Below are positions 23,729 through 36,000 of a stretch of DNA of 64,000 bases, one piece after another (positions within the stretch are counted from its first letter, which is position 1; each line of letters begins with the position of its first letter). A program made the translations under genes and the position numbers. Source of the DNA: Diadema antillarum (Eukaryota); NCBI RefSeq assembly GCF_040938485.1, contig NW_027271656.1, positions 372,001-436,000 on the forward strand. Reading direction: 5' to 3'. The notes beneath the pieces were generated by a model, which was not told the origin of the DNA, made no database searches, and worked only from the letters and a program-made list of their open reading frames with translations.

Positions 23729-24359
23729 GTTAGTTCACTTTTTGTGCCCACCTCATCTTCTGCAGCACATCTACAATGATTCCATGAAGGATTTGATTTA
23801 AGAACATATTCATTCATTGATTTAGTTTTCACAAAACAAGCTGTGATATGTCCATTTTTGTAATTATTGTTGACTCAATGATTTAGTGAATAGACAGAGA
23901 TTGTGCTTATTTTTTCATCATGATTGACTTAGTTTCTGTCCCTTTCAATATAGTAGTCATTAATATGTAGATATTGCTGGAATATTGATTTGTTTTCCAC
24001 TTTTATGACTGAATACATGCATACGTGTACAAATATATTGTGTGATAATAGATGACACTGGATAGAATAAAAAATGCGCGTGATTTTCAAGTACAGAAGC
24101 AGGGTTTATAAGGACAAGCTAGTGTGTTATTCCCTTTGTTTAAGCATGTGGATGCAGTGCTTAACTGTATTATGTATCAAAAAGATTTTTTTTTTTTTTC
24201 TGTTAAAGTGTATGTCATTAAAAAGATCATATGAAAGACCACATTTTGTATTACTTTTATAATTTGTAGGTTCCATTGTTGGTTTAAATTTTGTTGCTAT
24301 CTTTTAAAGACTTTGGGTTACTTAATGGACTGTGTGGATGATTGCATCACTGTCTGCAG

Positions 24360-24485
24360 GTAACCAAAGAGGACCTGGCGGACTTGGGTGAAGTCTTGAC
24401 GGAGATCGCAAAGGAGAAGGACGCCCTCTTTGAGGAGAAGGAAGATCTGGAGGAACTGAAAGAGGATGTGGAAGAGTACAAGGAG
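24360..24485 (+). CDS. LETM1: LETM1 coding exon 11
   Basis: ctgcag|GTA...GAG|gtgaga. Encodes VTKEDLADLGEVL...EEKEDLEELKEDVEEYKE. Confidence 0.92.
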
Positions 24486-25049
24486 GTGAGAACCATCTGT
24501 GGTCTACTCTGAATGAATGGATGAAAGGGTAAAGGGTCTGCAGGGAGGTTCAGAAAGGAAACCAAACCAAATTGTCCATGGTATGTTTGTCCATGTAGGG
24601 CTACAAATGAAATATGTGATATTTTCACTTTTGGTGTTAGCATTTTTATGTGTGTTTGTTGGTAGGGTGGGGTGTCATTTCTTTTTGTAACTCTCAGGCA
24701 ATTTTGGGTGACAAAGTTTTTGTGTAAGCCTTTGCAGTGGAAAGCCATTCAGAGTAATGCTGTATTGAATGGTTATTGCATCTTTAAACTCTCAGGCAAC
24801 TTTGGGGACTACATGTAAGTCATTGTGTGGGCCTGTGTAGTGAGAGGCGTTATGAGAAATGCTATATTAGATTGAAGCTGAGCGGAAGGGTGTATGCAGC
24901 AGCAATTATTGTCTTGTTGCTTCGTTAATCAAGGACATCCTTTCAGTGATTGTTTTTATTGACCTTGAATTTTCTGTTGAACATCTGTATATATAGTTTC
25001 TGTGCATTCTCTCATTGTCTTTTTTGGGTCTTTATTAACACTTGACCAG

Positions 25050-25136
25050 GATTTGGAAGACTTGAAACGTGAGACGGAAGAACTGGACATGCCAGTCCTG
25101 ATGGAGTCCAAGTCTTCAGTGCGACTCGGCAAACAG
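25050..25136 (+). CDS. LETM1: LETM1 coding exon 12
   Basis: gaccag|GAT...CAG|gtaaat. Encodes DLEDLKRETEELDMPVLMESKSSVRLGKQ. Confidence 0.92.
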
Positions 25137-25995
25137 GTAAATGCTTGTCTTATTACAGAAATGGCATTAAAGAAAGGCTTCCAATATTACATCATGTATG
25201 ACAAAATGCACAAAAGCATTCATTATGAATTTGTTTTGTGGCTTTTTAAACACACACACAAAACTTACCAAAGTACTGAAGCATTTCATTGAAAAGGCAT
25301 ATTTGCATAAGACTGCTTATTGAGACATTCAAATTAAAGCAGTTTAAATCTAGTCAATATGATTATCATTCTTGGCAGCAAAGATATACCAATAAAGCTG
25401 TTTGTATCTACAGCATGAATCGAATAAATGTTTAGACTGTAACTGATATGTGATAAGAAGAATTTTAAATGCATGTACTGTACACATGCACCCTAACTGA
25501 CAGAATATGTGTATTACAAATAATTATTATCCCTTTCTGTGCCAGTGAGTCAAATGCTCCCAAATTTAAACACACGGCTATGGATGAGAGATTAAAGGCA
25601 TAATTGATCATTTGCAGATGAAACAAAAACCCAGCAGTAGTCCTTTAAAATAGTCATAAAATGTGAGTAAGGGATGCAAATAACCACTGTAAATATTTGA
25701 ATATGTGCAATTGTTGTTAAGTATTGTTAAATATATACAAATTGTGAACAATAGTTATTGTAAGAATGTGTCCAAACTAAACCATCTTCAGTTACGGTTT
25801 ATTGAGGAAAATACTGATATCTCCTTATATTTTAGGCTTTATTCCAAAAATTTCATATGGTAGGATGTTTTGTGATATACATATGCGTCATATGTGATAT
25901 TTTGAACATTTTTTAAATCACTGCTACCAAAGATAAGCAGTACCTTTAATGTAGCACACATAGAGTTGAAAAGTTACGCTTCTTGTGTGCTTTAG

Positions 25996-26189
25996 GTGGG
26001 TCGTATGATGAACCGTCTGGAGAGCATCGTGTCCCAGCTGGAGACCCAGAGAGAGACACTCCATGAGGAGCACTCCATGCTCCAGGAAGACCTGGAGGCC
26101 AGGAAGAAAGAGCTGGATGATGCCGACTCATCGGAGGAAGAGAGGGATGCCCTCGAGGCCAAGATGCAGCAGAGCATCTCCAAGAAAAA
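25996..26189 (+). CDS. LETM1: LETM1 coding exon 13
   Basis: tttag|GTG...AA|gtaatc (phase 2). Encodes VGRMMNRLESIVSQLE...QQSISKK. Confidence 0.9.
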
Positions 26190-26517
26190 GTAATCCTCTC
26201 ATTCCTTCATTCCCTTATTCGACAGCTGATATCAAGCCATGTATAAAGTGTTATCACACTTGAGAAATGTATTCTTCTGGAACAAGGAAATACTTCTAGT
26301 ACCCATTTGGGAAATTTAATTTTTGCTTGTGTCTCTTACAATGTTTGTTTTTCAAGAAAGTTTACAAATTTCTTTGTGAGCACATCTCAAAATTCTCTCA
26401 ACCTCTGCCCCCCCCCCCCAAAAAAAAAAGTGATATAGCAAAACTGAAATATGCTTTTGAGTGATACAGACAACAAAAACCAAAGATTTTGTTTGTTTGT
26501 TTTGTAGAATTTCATAA

Positions 26518-26728
26518 TACTGTAAAATGAGGAATGTTCATGTGCATTTTAATTTCGTGAATTTCGCGAGAGCCAAGATTCGTGAAATTGAAATGCACGC
26601 GAAAGTTCTTGTCTACACTATATGCATTGAATGTTTGAGGCAACTCGCGAAAATTTCATGCCGCAAAAAAGGCCGTCGGCTCCAATTTGCAAAAATACCA
26701 TGCTGCGAAAATATTGAGTTTTACAGTA
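26518..26728. mobile_element. TACTGTA-terminated MITE
   Basis: TACTGTAAAA ... TTTTACAGTA, with internal (T)CGCGAAA repeats. Confidence 0.75.
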
Positions 26729-27036
26729 TATGAATGATGCAAGCTGGTGTAACTTTGGTTGTCTTTGATATTGCCTAGAAAGGATGGAATCTGTAGTGCA
26801 GCATAGTGGAGTATGTATCCAGGAACAAAGTTTACTTCTTCAATGTCCAAATGTAAATCTTAATTGGGAATGTACATATTAACTATCTAGCACAGTTTCC
26901 TTTGCTATAACACTGCAACTCTACTCCCGCTTCTCCTGCCGCATAAAATCCATCTGGCAGTGATGCCTCGTAAATTAGGGAAACCACCCTCAAATTCTTG
27001 TTCTCTTCGTCTTCCATTGATAATGTACACATCCAG

Positions 27037-27178
27037 GAAAAATATGATCCGCGTTGAGGAGCTGCTGGATGCCATGCGAAAGTTTGGCAAGGTTTCCGAT
27101 GAGGAGAAGCTAGAGCGGATTGCCGATGTCCTGGACGAAGACCATGATGGTGCTATTCAACTGCAAGATGTCCTCAAG
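27037..27178 (+). CDS. LETM1: LETM1 coding exon 14 (EF-hand)
   Basis: atccag|G...AAG|gttggt. Encodes KNMIRVEELLDAM...LDEDHDGAIQLQDVLK. Confidence 0.93.
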
Positions 27179-27275
27179 GTTGGTGTAACCCCAGAGAGAA
27201 AAAAATTGTCTTCTGGAAATTCTATTCATTGCAAACTGAGGATCTATGTCTGTTGTGAAAATTGTGGAATTTTAA

Positions 27276-27360
27276 CCTGTTGAGGATGCACTGATTTTGC
27301 TGTAACACGCATTTCTCATAGACACTTGCCAGAGTGTTCTTAGGACTTGTCTTGAACGGG
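27276..27360. mobile_element. 85-bp piggyBac-type MITE, copy 1
   Basis: ttaa|CCTGTTGAGG ... TTGAACGGG|ttaa. Homologous to 37652-37736 and 57481-57565. Confidence 0.8.
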
Positions 27361-27803
27361 TTAAAAGTCATTTGTCATTGTCATGTCTATTTTCTATTCA
27401 AATATGTGTTCTCATAAAATTTGGACTTCTGTGTTGACTGGGTATGGTTGAGAATGCTTAAAGTGATTACATAAGAAGGTGAAGCTTTTGTAAACACAGA
27501 GTGTAATATTTAAGGGCTGTCATGATTGAGATAGTAGTTTATATGTCAGAGATAGATATGGCTTTAAGGGGACATACAAAACTTACTTGCTGTAAAGATT
27601 GTTATTAACATATTGATGAATATTAACAAAATCTATGTATAATTTCAAGTATATCCCAAAGTTTGGTGAATGTTTTTGTTTCAGTGTGTTTTCTTGTACC
27701 TGAAAGACTTTTTTTTTTTTCGTCTCTACACTGTACATGTTGTCAATTATAACTGAAATAAATGTTATGTGTTGAGTGTTGTGTCTCTTAATTTACCCAA
27801 TTG

Positions 27804-28028
27804 TACTGTTATATGTCATATATTTTGTGAGATATTTATTTTTACGAATTTAGTGAGTCAGGTGCTAGACTCAAATTCAAAACCATGCGAACATGAATAT
27901 GATGTGCATGCATACATTTCTCCATTCAGTGCTGTACTCCACGATCGTGAATTTAACCACTCACAGAAATTGTCAGGAAGTCCCAATTTGCAAAAAATAA
28001 GACTGCTGAATATAGGGCGTATACAGTA
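27804..28028. mobile_element. TACTGT...ACAGTA MITE
   Basis: Shares catacatttctccattcagt..gtactccac..atcg..aatttaacc with 34474-34715. Confidence 0.65.
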
Positions 28029-28098
28029 TTCTAAAGGATACTTAATACTACCACAGTGTACATGTAAAGAGATGTTGTCAACTGTGTTTTTCCTGTAG

Positions 28099-28278
28099 GT
28101 GATAGAGACTATCGCCAAGGAAGACATCGCTCTGAACACGAGGCAGATAGGAGAGGTCATGGACCTCCTCTGTCGGGAGGAGATCATGGAGGAACTCGAG
28201 AAGGACATGGAGCGGGAGGAGAAGCTCATCATGGCGGAGAAAACCGACGAGGCCGAGGCGGGGAAGAGTTCGTCGTAG
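28099..28278 (+). CDS. LETM1: LETM1 terminal coding exon 15
   Basis: cctgtag|GTG ATA GAG...TCG TAG. Encodes VIETIAKEDIALNTRQIGEVMDLLCREE...GKSSS then stop. Confidence 0.92.
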   Translation: MIETIAKEDIALNTRQIGEVMDLLCREEIMEELEKDMEREEKLIMAEKTDEAEAGKSSS

Positions 28279-28776
28279 TCCGTCCGTTGCCATGGCGATC
28301 TGAGGGATGCTGCAAGTGTTCAGAGGCCTGTGGCCTGCCTCGATGGCACCAGGCCTTTCACATGTCAGCTGCAGCTCACCATAGAGAGCATCTCTGCCCA
28401 TTGAGACAGTGACCCCAAATGGTTGCCATAGTAACAGCATCATTTTGTGACATAGATGCAGAGAGGTGAAATGAGTTGTGAGTCATTCAGTGTCACTAAT
28501 GGTATAGTCACTATTTTCCCATGACTGAGTGACAATCGGTTCTTGCAGACTGCACGGAATGCACTTTGCATGTTCAGGTGTGGGGCTATGGTGCAATTGA
28601 ATCTTGAAGAACTGTCACTAGTGCTGCATATTTTACTCAAACAAACCCTTGTCTTTGTGCAGAATCATGACGGAAGCATCTTTCCCAAACCGTTATGTTT
28701 TCTTTAGAAACAACCATATTAAACATTGAAATGGCAAATTCATAGAGAATTCTGTCTACTGTCTGTGTTAAATAGA

Positions 28777-28790
28777 ATAATAAAAATAAA
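28777..28790 (+). terminator. Candidate LETM1 polyadenylation signals (AATAAA twice)
   Basis: aataataaaaataaaaag lies about 500 nt after the stop. Usage is unproven. Confidence 0.35.
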
Positions 28791-30255
28791 AAGCATTTAT
28801 GAAGTATTTTAGTGTTTAAAAGCTACCCCAAAAGGCGTAGAGAAATGTTTTTTCCACATTTCTCTGTATTTCGCTTAAACAAAACTTACAGTGTGATATG
28901 TTATACATCAGAGTGAATTGACTGTTTTCACTAGAAATTTGAATATACCATGATATCAACAATTTCTGTATTCTACCACAGTTTCAACATTTTTCATTCG
29001 CAAGAAGGGATAAAGATGAGGGGGAAATTAGGGTGGGGGTTGTGCCTTCATTGCGATGATAAATGCTGAAGCTTGTGTAAATTATCAGGGAGAAAGTTAC
29101 ACCGTAGCCCTGCACCTGTATAACAAGATTTATTTTTCAGTGAGGGTGTACTGTATGTAGCACTCCGCTATATTGAGTGCAGGTCTACAGGGAAATTTGC
29201 TGTACCAAACACAATTCATCCATACCCATATATAGAGTATGGTAGTAGATGTTTCAGTACAATACAAAGTCTGTCAGGTGTACATGTACATCAGAGACTG
29301 TACTTTTGATGTGCTGTAAGATGTACAGTATTTATGACTTGTGGTCATTACAGCTTGCACGGCAAATAGCCAGATGTATCTGCAATAGTAGAAGCAAGCA
29401 CTGCAAATAAGAAGAAGTTTTATGATATGTGAATGGGGTCCTTGCTGCAGGGAGGGTAATGAGATATAGTAAGATTCTATGTTATCTATGTTTTGAATGA
29501 AACAGAAGCACAGAACTCACAGTAATATGCCATAGTTTATCTTATATTACCACGTTGCATGGCATCCTGAATTAATTTGCAGTCTTGATTGTTAGACGAG
29601 ATAAGTTGGTCCACAAAGTGGAGATCATTGCATAATCACACCTTTAACGTTTTGTTGCGAAGTCTACACACAACATCTGTGTACTGAGGGCAACAACCAC
29701 ATGAAAATTTAATTTGTGTTATGAGTGCCGGTAACCTTAGATGTAACCATGTATTCGAAGTCTGCTGCATTTTTCCTTTCTCACATGATTTTTAAGGATA
29801 CCATATTCTCAGAACTGGGGTATTGCCAACAGAATTTGTTCCTTTTTTTTTGGGGGGGGGGGGGGGTGGGGTCTGATGGTAGAAGACACACATTTTCATT
29901 AAGGCTTGGGTAAACTGTGTTTATGTCAGGGAAAATGATGATGCTTTTCTTTTCCATGTTTTATCAATATAGCAAGATCCAAATTTGTAGAGGTGTCGTA
30001 ATACTTTCTTCCTTGTTTACCAGTATTGACCTGGTCGCAGAATGTTGCAAAACTGTGTATTCCGTGGACGTATTTGATGACTTCATATTTTTATAATGTG
30101 TATATAATAGTAAATAGAGTTTTATGGGGAAATCAACAAACAGCCAGAATATAACAAAATCTCCTGAAGGGTAATAAAGGGAGGATAAGCTGTAAATTTT
30201 GGGTGTTTGTTTTATATTTGTCTTCACTTAAAGCTGTGTGTACTCTTTATACATA

Positions 30256-30405
30256 CAGATCTACAAAGTATCCCTGATTCTGCAGAAGCGTACATGAAAG
30301 ATCATTCAGATCTACAAAGTATCCCTGATTCTGCAGAAGCGTACATGAAAGATACATTCAGATCTACAAAGTAGCCCTGATTCTGCAGGAGCGTACATGA
30401 AAGAT
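30256..30405. repeat. Three tandem copies of a 51-52 bp unit
   Basis: cagatctacaaagtatccctgattctgcagaagcgtacatgaaagat starts at 30256, 30307 and 30359. Confidence 0.95.
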
Positions 30406-30903
30406 AAGATTTTTTTTTTTCTCCATGTCCTTACCAGAGAATATAACAGCCTCCCTTATTTAGAAATCATTTCATCCTTTTGGCCTGTTAGATGTATATA
30501 TCACACAAGTATCTACCTAATTGTTCTCCAGAATCTCCCTCGATTCAAAGGAAATGTGATTGTTGGCAGCCATTGACATAAAAATTGCATTAATGAGCCC
30601 AACATTGGATTGTGTAACAAAGATAACATTTTTCAATACAAGCAGATGGAGTGAGACATATATGTTTTTACAGTGTTGAGAGAATCAATAGGAAACATAC
30701 AAATGGCATTGTTTGATGACTGTTGGTGATTGCTGCTTGCAATCATGTAACACAAAAGATATGAGGACTGTACAATGTTTGAGTATATGGTAGAAAGCAA
30801 TGAAGTATGTAGTTAGAGCTGAATAGTAAGACTGTATTGACGATGCTTTAAGGGGAAAATAACAGGTTGTATTCCTGAAATATATTAGACACCATTCCCA
30901 AGA

Positions 30904-31128
30904 TACTGTATAAGCTGTTATTTTTCGCGTACAGACATTTTCACGAATGAGGAGGTCACAGACATTTTTGCGAGATGTTGTTTTCGCGATTTGACACCGA
31001 GGGTATCACAAGTGCATTATTTTCCTAGTGTATGGTGACATTTCGCGTGTTGTTATATTCGCAGTCCAACATCGATTGGCGAAATTTACGAAAATTAAAC
31101 CCTCGTGAAAAAAGCAGCTTATACAGTA
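30904..31128. mobile_element. TACTGTA-terminated MITE (perfect 14-bp TIR)
   Basis: TACTGTATAAGCTG ... CAGCTTATACAGTA. Confidence 0.8.
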
Positions 31129-34100
31129 AATTTGTCCACGAGAGACTCTATATTAAAGGGAAGCATCAAATAATGTTATTGTTTTTGTTGCAGCATCATA
31201 AATTCATATTACATTTTGGCTGTGTGCATTTTTAAAAAAAATGAAGACGTTTTGAGCAGTCTTCTCAAGAGTTTATGTGCATTTCTTGCACTTGCCATAT
31301 TTATTCTTTCGTTTCCGTTTCTACAATGTCCTCCAAGTTGTGTGTGTTGTAAGTATTGCGTTCTTTCTTTACAGCATCACCTACAGCAGCTGGCTATGTT
31401 GTGTGAAGTGAATACCAACGTCATCTCTGACAGTATATGACAGAAACTAGCAGGCAATCTGTTGTCAGTCTTGCTCAACTTGCAATCAAAGTATTCACGT
31501 ATCAAATGATCAGAAAAAAAAACACCAATGAACTGAAATATTGTGATAGGAGATATGATTGCATAAGCAGTAAACAGTGAAAGCCGACTCCAAAGAGTGT
31601 GTATAGATATATAATAGCAGAGCCATCTATTTGATGTTAAACTAACAAATTCATGTGCTGCATTTGTGACTTTTTTTGAGATGGAAGGCGTCGGTAAATG
31701 ATGATTGCCGTCTGTTGTTTTGTAATGTATACATGGCATGGGCTGATTTGGTTGCCAGTGCTAGTTTAGTTATACTTGTGTCAGATGTGTGTTGGATTCT
31801 ATGGTGTAATCGGTAGTGCTGCAGAACTTTATCATCTACTCAAAATCCGAAGGTTGGAGAGTGAGCAACTCACAAGAGCTTTTGGTGATGTCATCATCTA
31901 CAGAAATAGTACCAAGGCGTGATTTTGACCTTCATGTTATGGAGGTTGTGAGGAAAGCAGAATGAAGGAATTTTCATGGGATAAATTTGTTGTACATGTA
32001 TATTGATTAATTGCTTGTATCCTATTTCAAATTAGGTGTATATTCATGGAAATAGTCTAAAGAAAATCAGTAATATTTGAGAAGTGCTGTGAAAATTATT
32101 GTCTCCAAAAGGAGTGTTCATTATGGAATAAAGTGAGTTTATATTCAAATTTCTGTGGAAACCGCCTCTAGAAGCGAATTCATATTATTTATAGTTTAGT
32201 TTTCTGTTATTTTAACAAAAATAGTAGAAATGAGAGAATATGTTTATTATCTCTTGCCCCTAAATTATGATTTATGTTAAAAAAAAAATCATTTCTGTCT
32301 CTTGATAAAATGGCAATTAAATCTGAATGTGTGTTGATGGTTATACACTGTATCTACAAGATCTTCCCATCTGATTGTATAACATGGGTGCACAAAAAAT
32401 GACTATGCCAGCTCAAGCAGCTGTAACGTGGGTGCATATAGATTGACTATGCTAGCTCTAATGTAGGTGCAGAAAATTGACTCTGCTAGCTCCAGTAGGC
32501 TTACGGCATTACTTGAAATATGACGTTAGTCGGTCTGACCCGTTATGGAAGCATAATTCCCCCCGGTTCACCTGCTTATCCTCCATTACATGATCTCTTT
32601 GGGTGTATGTGTGAGAAGCTTTTCTGTGTAAAGCCGTAATTGCAGCAACCTAGATGCGTTGTTCCCTTTTCAACTCGTATAGTTTGTTAGACGCACTTCA
32701 CGTTTTAATCAGTTAATGACAGCATGCTATCCTAGACATGGCTCAGATTACTAGTCTCCAGTTTAATTATGGAAACTGTGGCAGCCGTTTGTGCAATCGC
32801 CTTCAGTCATGGCCATGGTCTGTATGTTGAGATGTTGTAATCATACCCGTCATTGCTGTAGCAGTTTTGTACAGCTACTTTATTTTGACACCATATCATA
32901 TTTGCGTTCTGGTACACCTACCTGTCTGAGTTTGACTGTATTCCTTGTTTTTTATATCAGCTTGCTTGTTTGCATTTTATGAATGCCAGTCTTCAAAACG
33001 GGTTTAACTATCATCTGAATTATGAAGGTAGAGAAGAGAAACTCCCATTTCAGTCTTGCGTATTTCTGCCTGATATGTTTTAACATATACAATGTGGTAT
33101 TGTTTCTTTATGCAAATTTACTGAAATAGCTGAAAAGTGACAGTTATTATGATTGATGTGTAATTGTACACAAATGTTTGAAATACTGTACTTATGATTT
33201 TACTCCATTTTTTTCTTTCTGTAGAATGCAAACAATGTGGCATTAATGGAACATGTAAGTTGACTTATGGATTGCCTTGAAGAGGTATCGAGGGTGATTT
33301 AGTTATGTCTTGCATCGGCTCGGGTGTCATTCCAGATTTGGATGCGGTGCTCATTAATTGTACAGGTATACTGTTGAGGGAAGAAGAACAAAATTTTACT
33401 AACAAAAACCAACTATCATATATACCTTTTAAATTTGCTTCATAGATGTGTGATTAATTATTTTGTATGTGAAGGATTTGTAGTCTTCTTTTGCAAACCC
33501 TGCATCCTTGAACCAATGTGCATGCATCCATGAACCCCCAAAAGCAATATATTTGTAATCCTGTTACTGATATCAGTGAGGTTATCTTGCCATGATGGTT
33601 GGCCAGCAGCAAAAGGAGATTTTCAGGTTTTTCCTAGGGCAATTGATTATTATCGTATGATACAAAACATGTGAAATGGAATCAACAGTCAAAGAATATT
33701 CTCTTGTCGTGTTTCTTTATTGCGCTGTCATGTGTTGCCTTGCTGCTGGTGAGGAATGGTTAGGGGTGTTTTGATGTTGATTTTGGATGAAACTTGTTCA
33801 TGATTTGTGAGTGTGTGTGCTTGTGTGCATATGATACTGTCACATCTGTCTGGAGTGCCCGGCTTTATATCCATCATTAACTTGCTCCATGCAGTCACTA
33901 CAAACTGCCTGGGAGAGAAATTATGTGTGAAAGACAAAGTTTACGTTTTCTCTTTGGGTAGACATACAGACATGGAACATAAATGTATAATCTTTGCAAA
34001 AGATTTTCCTGCGCTGCAATCTCGGTTTTCAGTCAATTTCAAATACTGCGAAATATATACTTGTAGTAATCTTGTGGTGGAGTCTACAGGTGTTGTTACA

Positions 34101-34473
34101 TTTTAATCAACTTTGATATAAATGCAGATAGAGGTTTCAGTGGTAAGGAGGGCAAAAACTTTTGTCAGAATGGATTTTGTATTTGCTGAGCATGATTCAA
34201 TGTGTGTATATGTGTGTGAAAATGAGCTTGATATTGAATATTCAATTAAAGAATACCCTTTTTTAAGTGTGTGTGTATGTGTATTGTGTGGATGTGTCAG
34301 TAATAACTGCCACACTTGTACTCATCTGCCATTCATTTACGCATTGCTGAAGATAAGACGGGTTGTTCTACCACAGACTAGAAGAATCTCACTTATACCA
34401 ACAGAGCTGCAAAGTGTCACCACGACGTCTGGAGGTAGCTCCCTGAAAATTTAGATCATATGTCCTGACAAAA

Positions 34474-34715
34474 TACTGTATATGCCTAATATCTTATTTT
34501 CACAAATTTTGCGAGTAGGGTGCTATTTGCGAATTTAAAAACACCAAAAACTATTAAATCTGACCCTGACATGAATGTGACGTGTACGCATACATTTCTC
34601 CATTCAGTACTGTACTCCACAATCGCAAATTTAACCAACAGTGCTTGCAAAATTGTTGAGAAGTTTATTTCACAAAAAAAAGAACAGAATTAGACTTGCT
34701 AAATGTATAGCAGGT
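34474..34715. mobile_element. TACTGTA-family MITE (3' end degenerate)
   Basis: Internal identity to 27804-28028. Confidence 0.55.
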
Positions 34716-34984
34716 ATACTATGAAAATGTTCATGCTACAGAAATTATGTTTTGCTTAATGCAATCCTTGTAACATCAAAGAATCTTCCAGAGTGTGATC
34801 TGTGAAGGTTGGCAGCCCTGTTACACCTCTCTGTGAGTTTTTAGATGCATAACACACTGTTCCAAGTCAACACATCATTCACATCAGCATACGGAGAAGA
34901 CGATGTCCAACGTGTATCATGTGGGTGTTGAAAGTGTTGCCATCTACAGTAATCTTTATTTGAAAGTATTTGTAATTGCACACA

Positions 34985-35023
<39 letters not shown>

Positions 35024-35965
35024 TGCGTCTGGCTTTTCCCATGCGGCCACTTCATAGTCTGTATCTGTAAATTTGCAACATTTTGAATTGAGCTTTCATT
35101 TTCACGTTCATTGTGGCTAGGACAATGTGTAGCAATGTCTCAACCACACTCTCCCATTTACATTCATTAAGTCTGCCAACACTGAGGAGGCGAGAGTGAG
35201 ATATTGTAATTAATGGCTATTTGTGGTCAGCAATGTGGATTTTTTATTAGGTGATTTAAAGAAATGTCCTGAAAAGTAATACTTTTTTATTAAGATATGT
35301 TCCTTTTGATTAGGTGTCACTATCTACTGTACCATATATATTTTTTTCTATTTATCTTTTGCATATTGTATCCTCTATGGCACTGGTTTAGTATCACTGC
35401 ATACACGTTAACCCGTTCCTTCCGCAATTCTCTGAGTGCCTTAAAATGCCCCCAAACGAGATTCTTTTTGCCCGTCAACAGAGAACAAACAGGTTGGTAA
35501 TCCACATGTGTGAAGGCAGTCAAGCGGTATATGCATCCCCTTACCACGGTCAACTACATGTGCTATCAAACAATGAAAATATCGATCGGGTGTGAGGTAT
35601 GAATAGAGCTTGCGCTGAAGAGATCACAGACTCTTTTGTTCTACACAAACCAGGCACTTGACTGGGATGACTGGGGTCAGCGAACACAGAAATCTACTCA
35701 AGCTCAGCTTTGATCGCTATGTACGTGTATGTATCTTTTTATCAAACCCATTTTTCTGGGCATTACAACACAAAGAAACATGAATTTAGGCCACGAAAGT
35801 GGGCACTCTTGCCTTCATCTTGGGAACCTGGTATATCAGGTTCCCGTAAGGAACGGGTTAAGAGCCATTCCTGTAGAAAATAAGGGACAGTATGATTTAC
35901 AGAAGTGCCCAGAAAGTGTACATGTAAATCTTTCTGATTAGGTGCTTCTTTTCATTGCTTCAGGT

Positions 35966-35966
<1 letters not shown>

Positions 35967-36000
<34 letters not shown>
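35967..36000. repeat. 34-nt poly-C tract
   Basis: Direct observation. It is one of many G/C homopolymer runs in the window. Confidence 0.95.

Noticed and set aside
30256-30405. Tandem repeats as a CRISPR-like array
   Set aside because: The units are contiguous with no unique spacers, the context is eukaryotic, and there are no cas genes.
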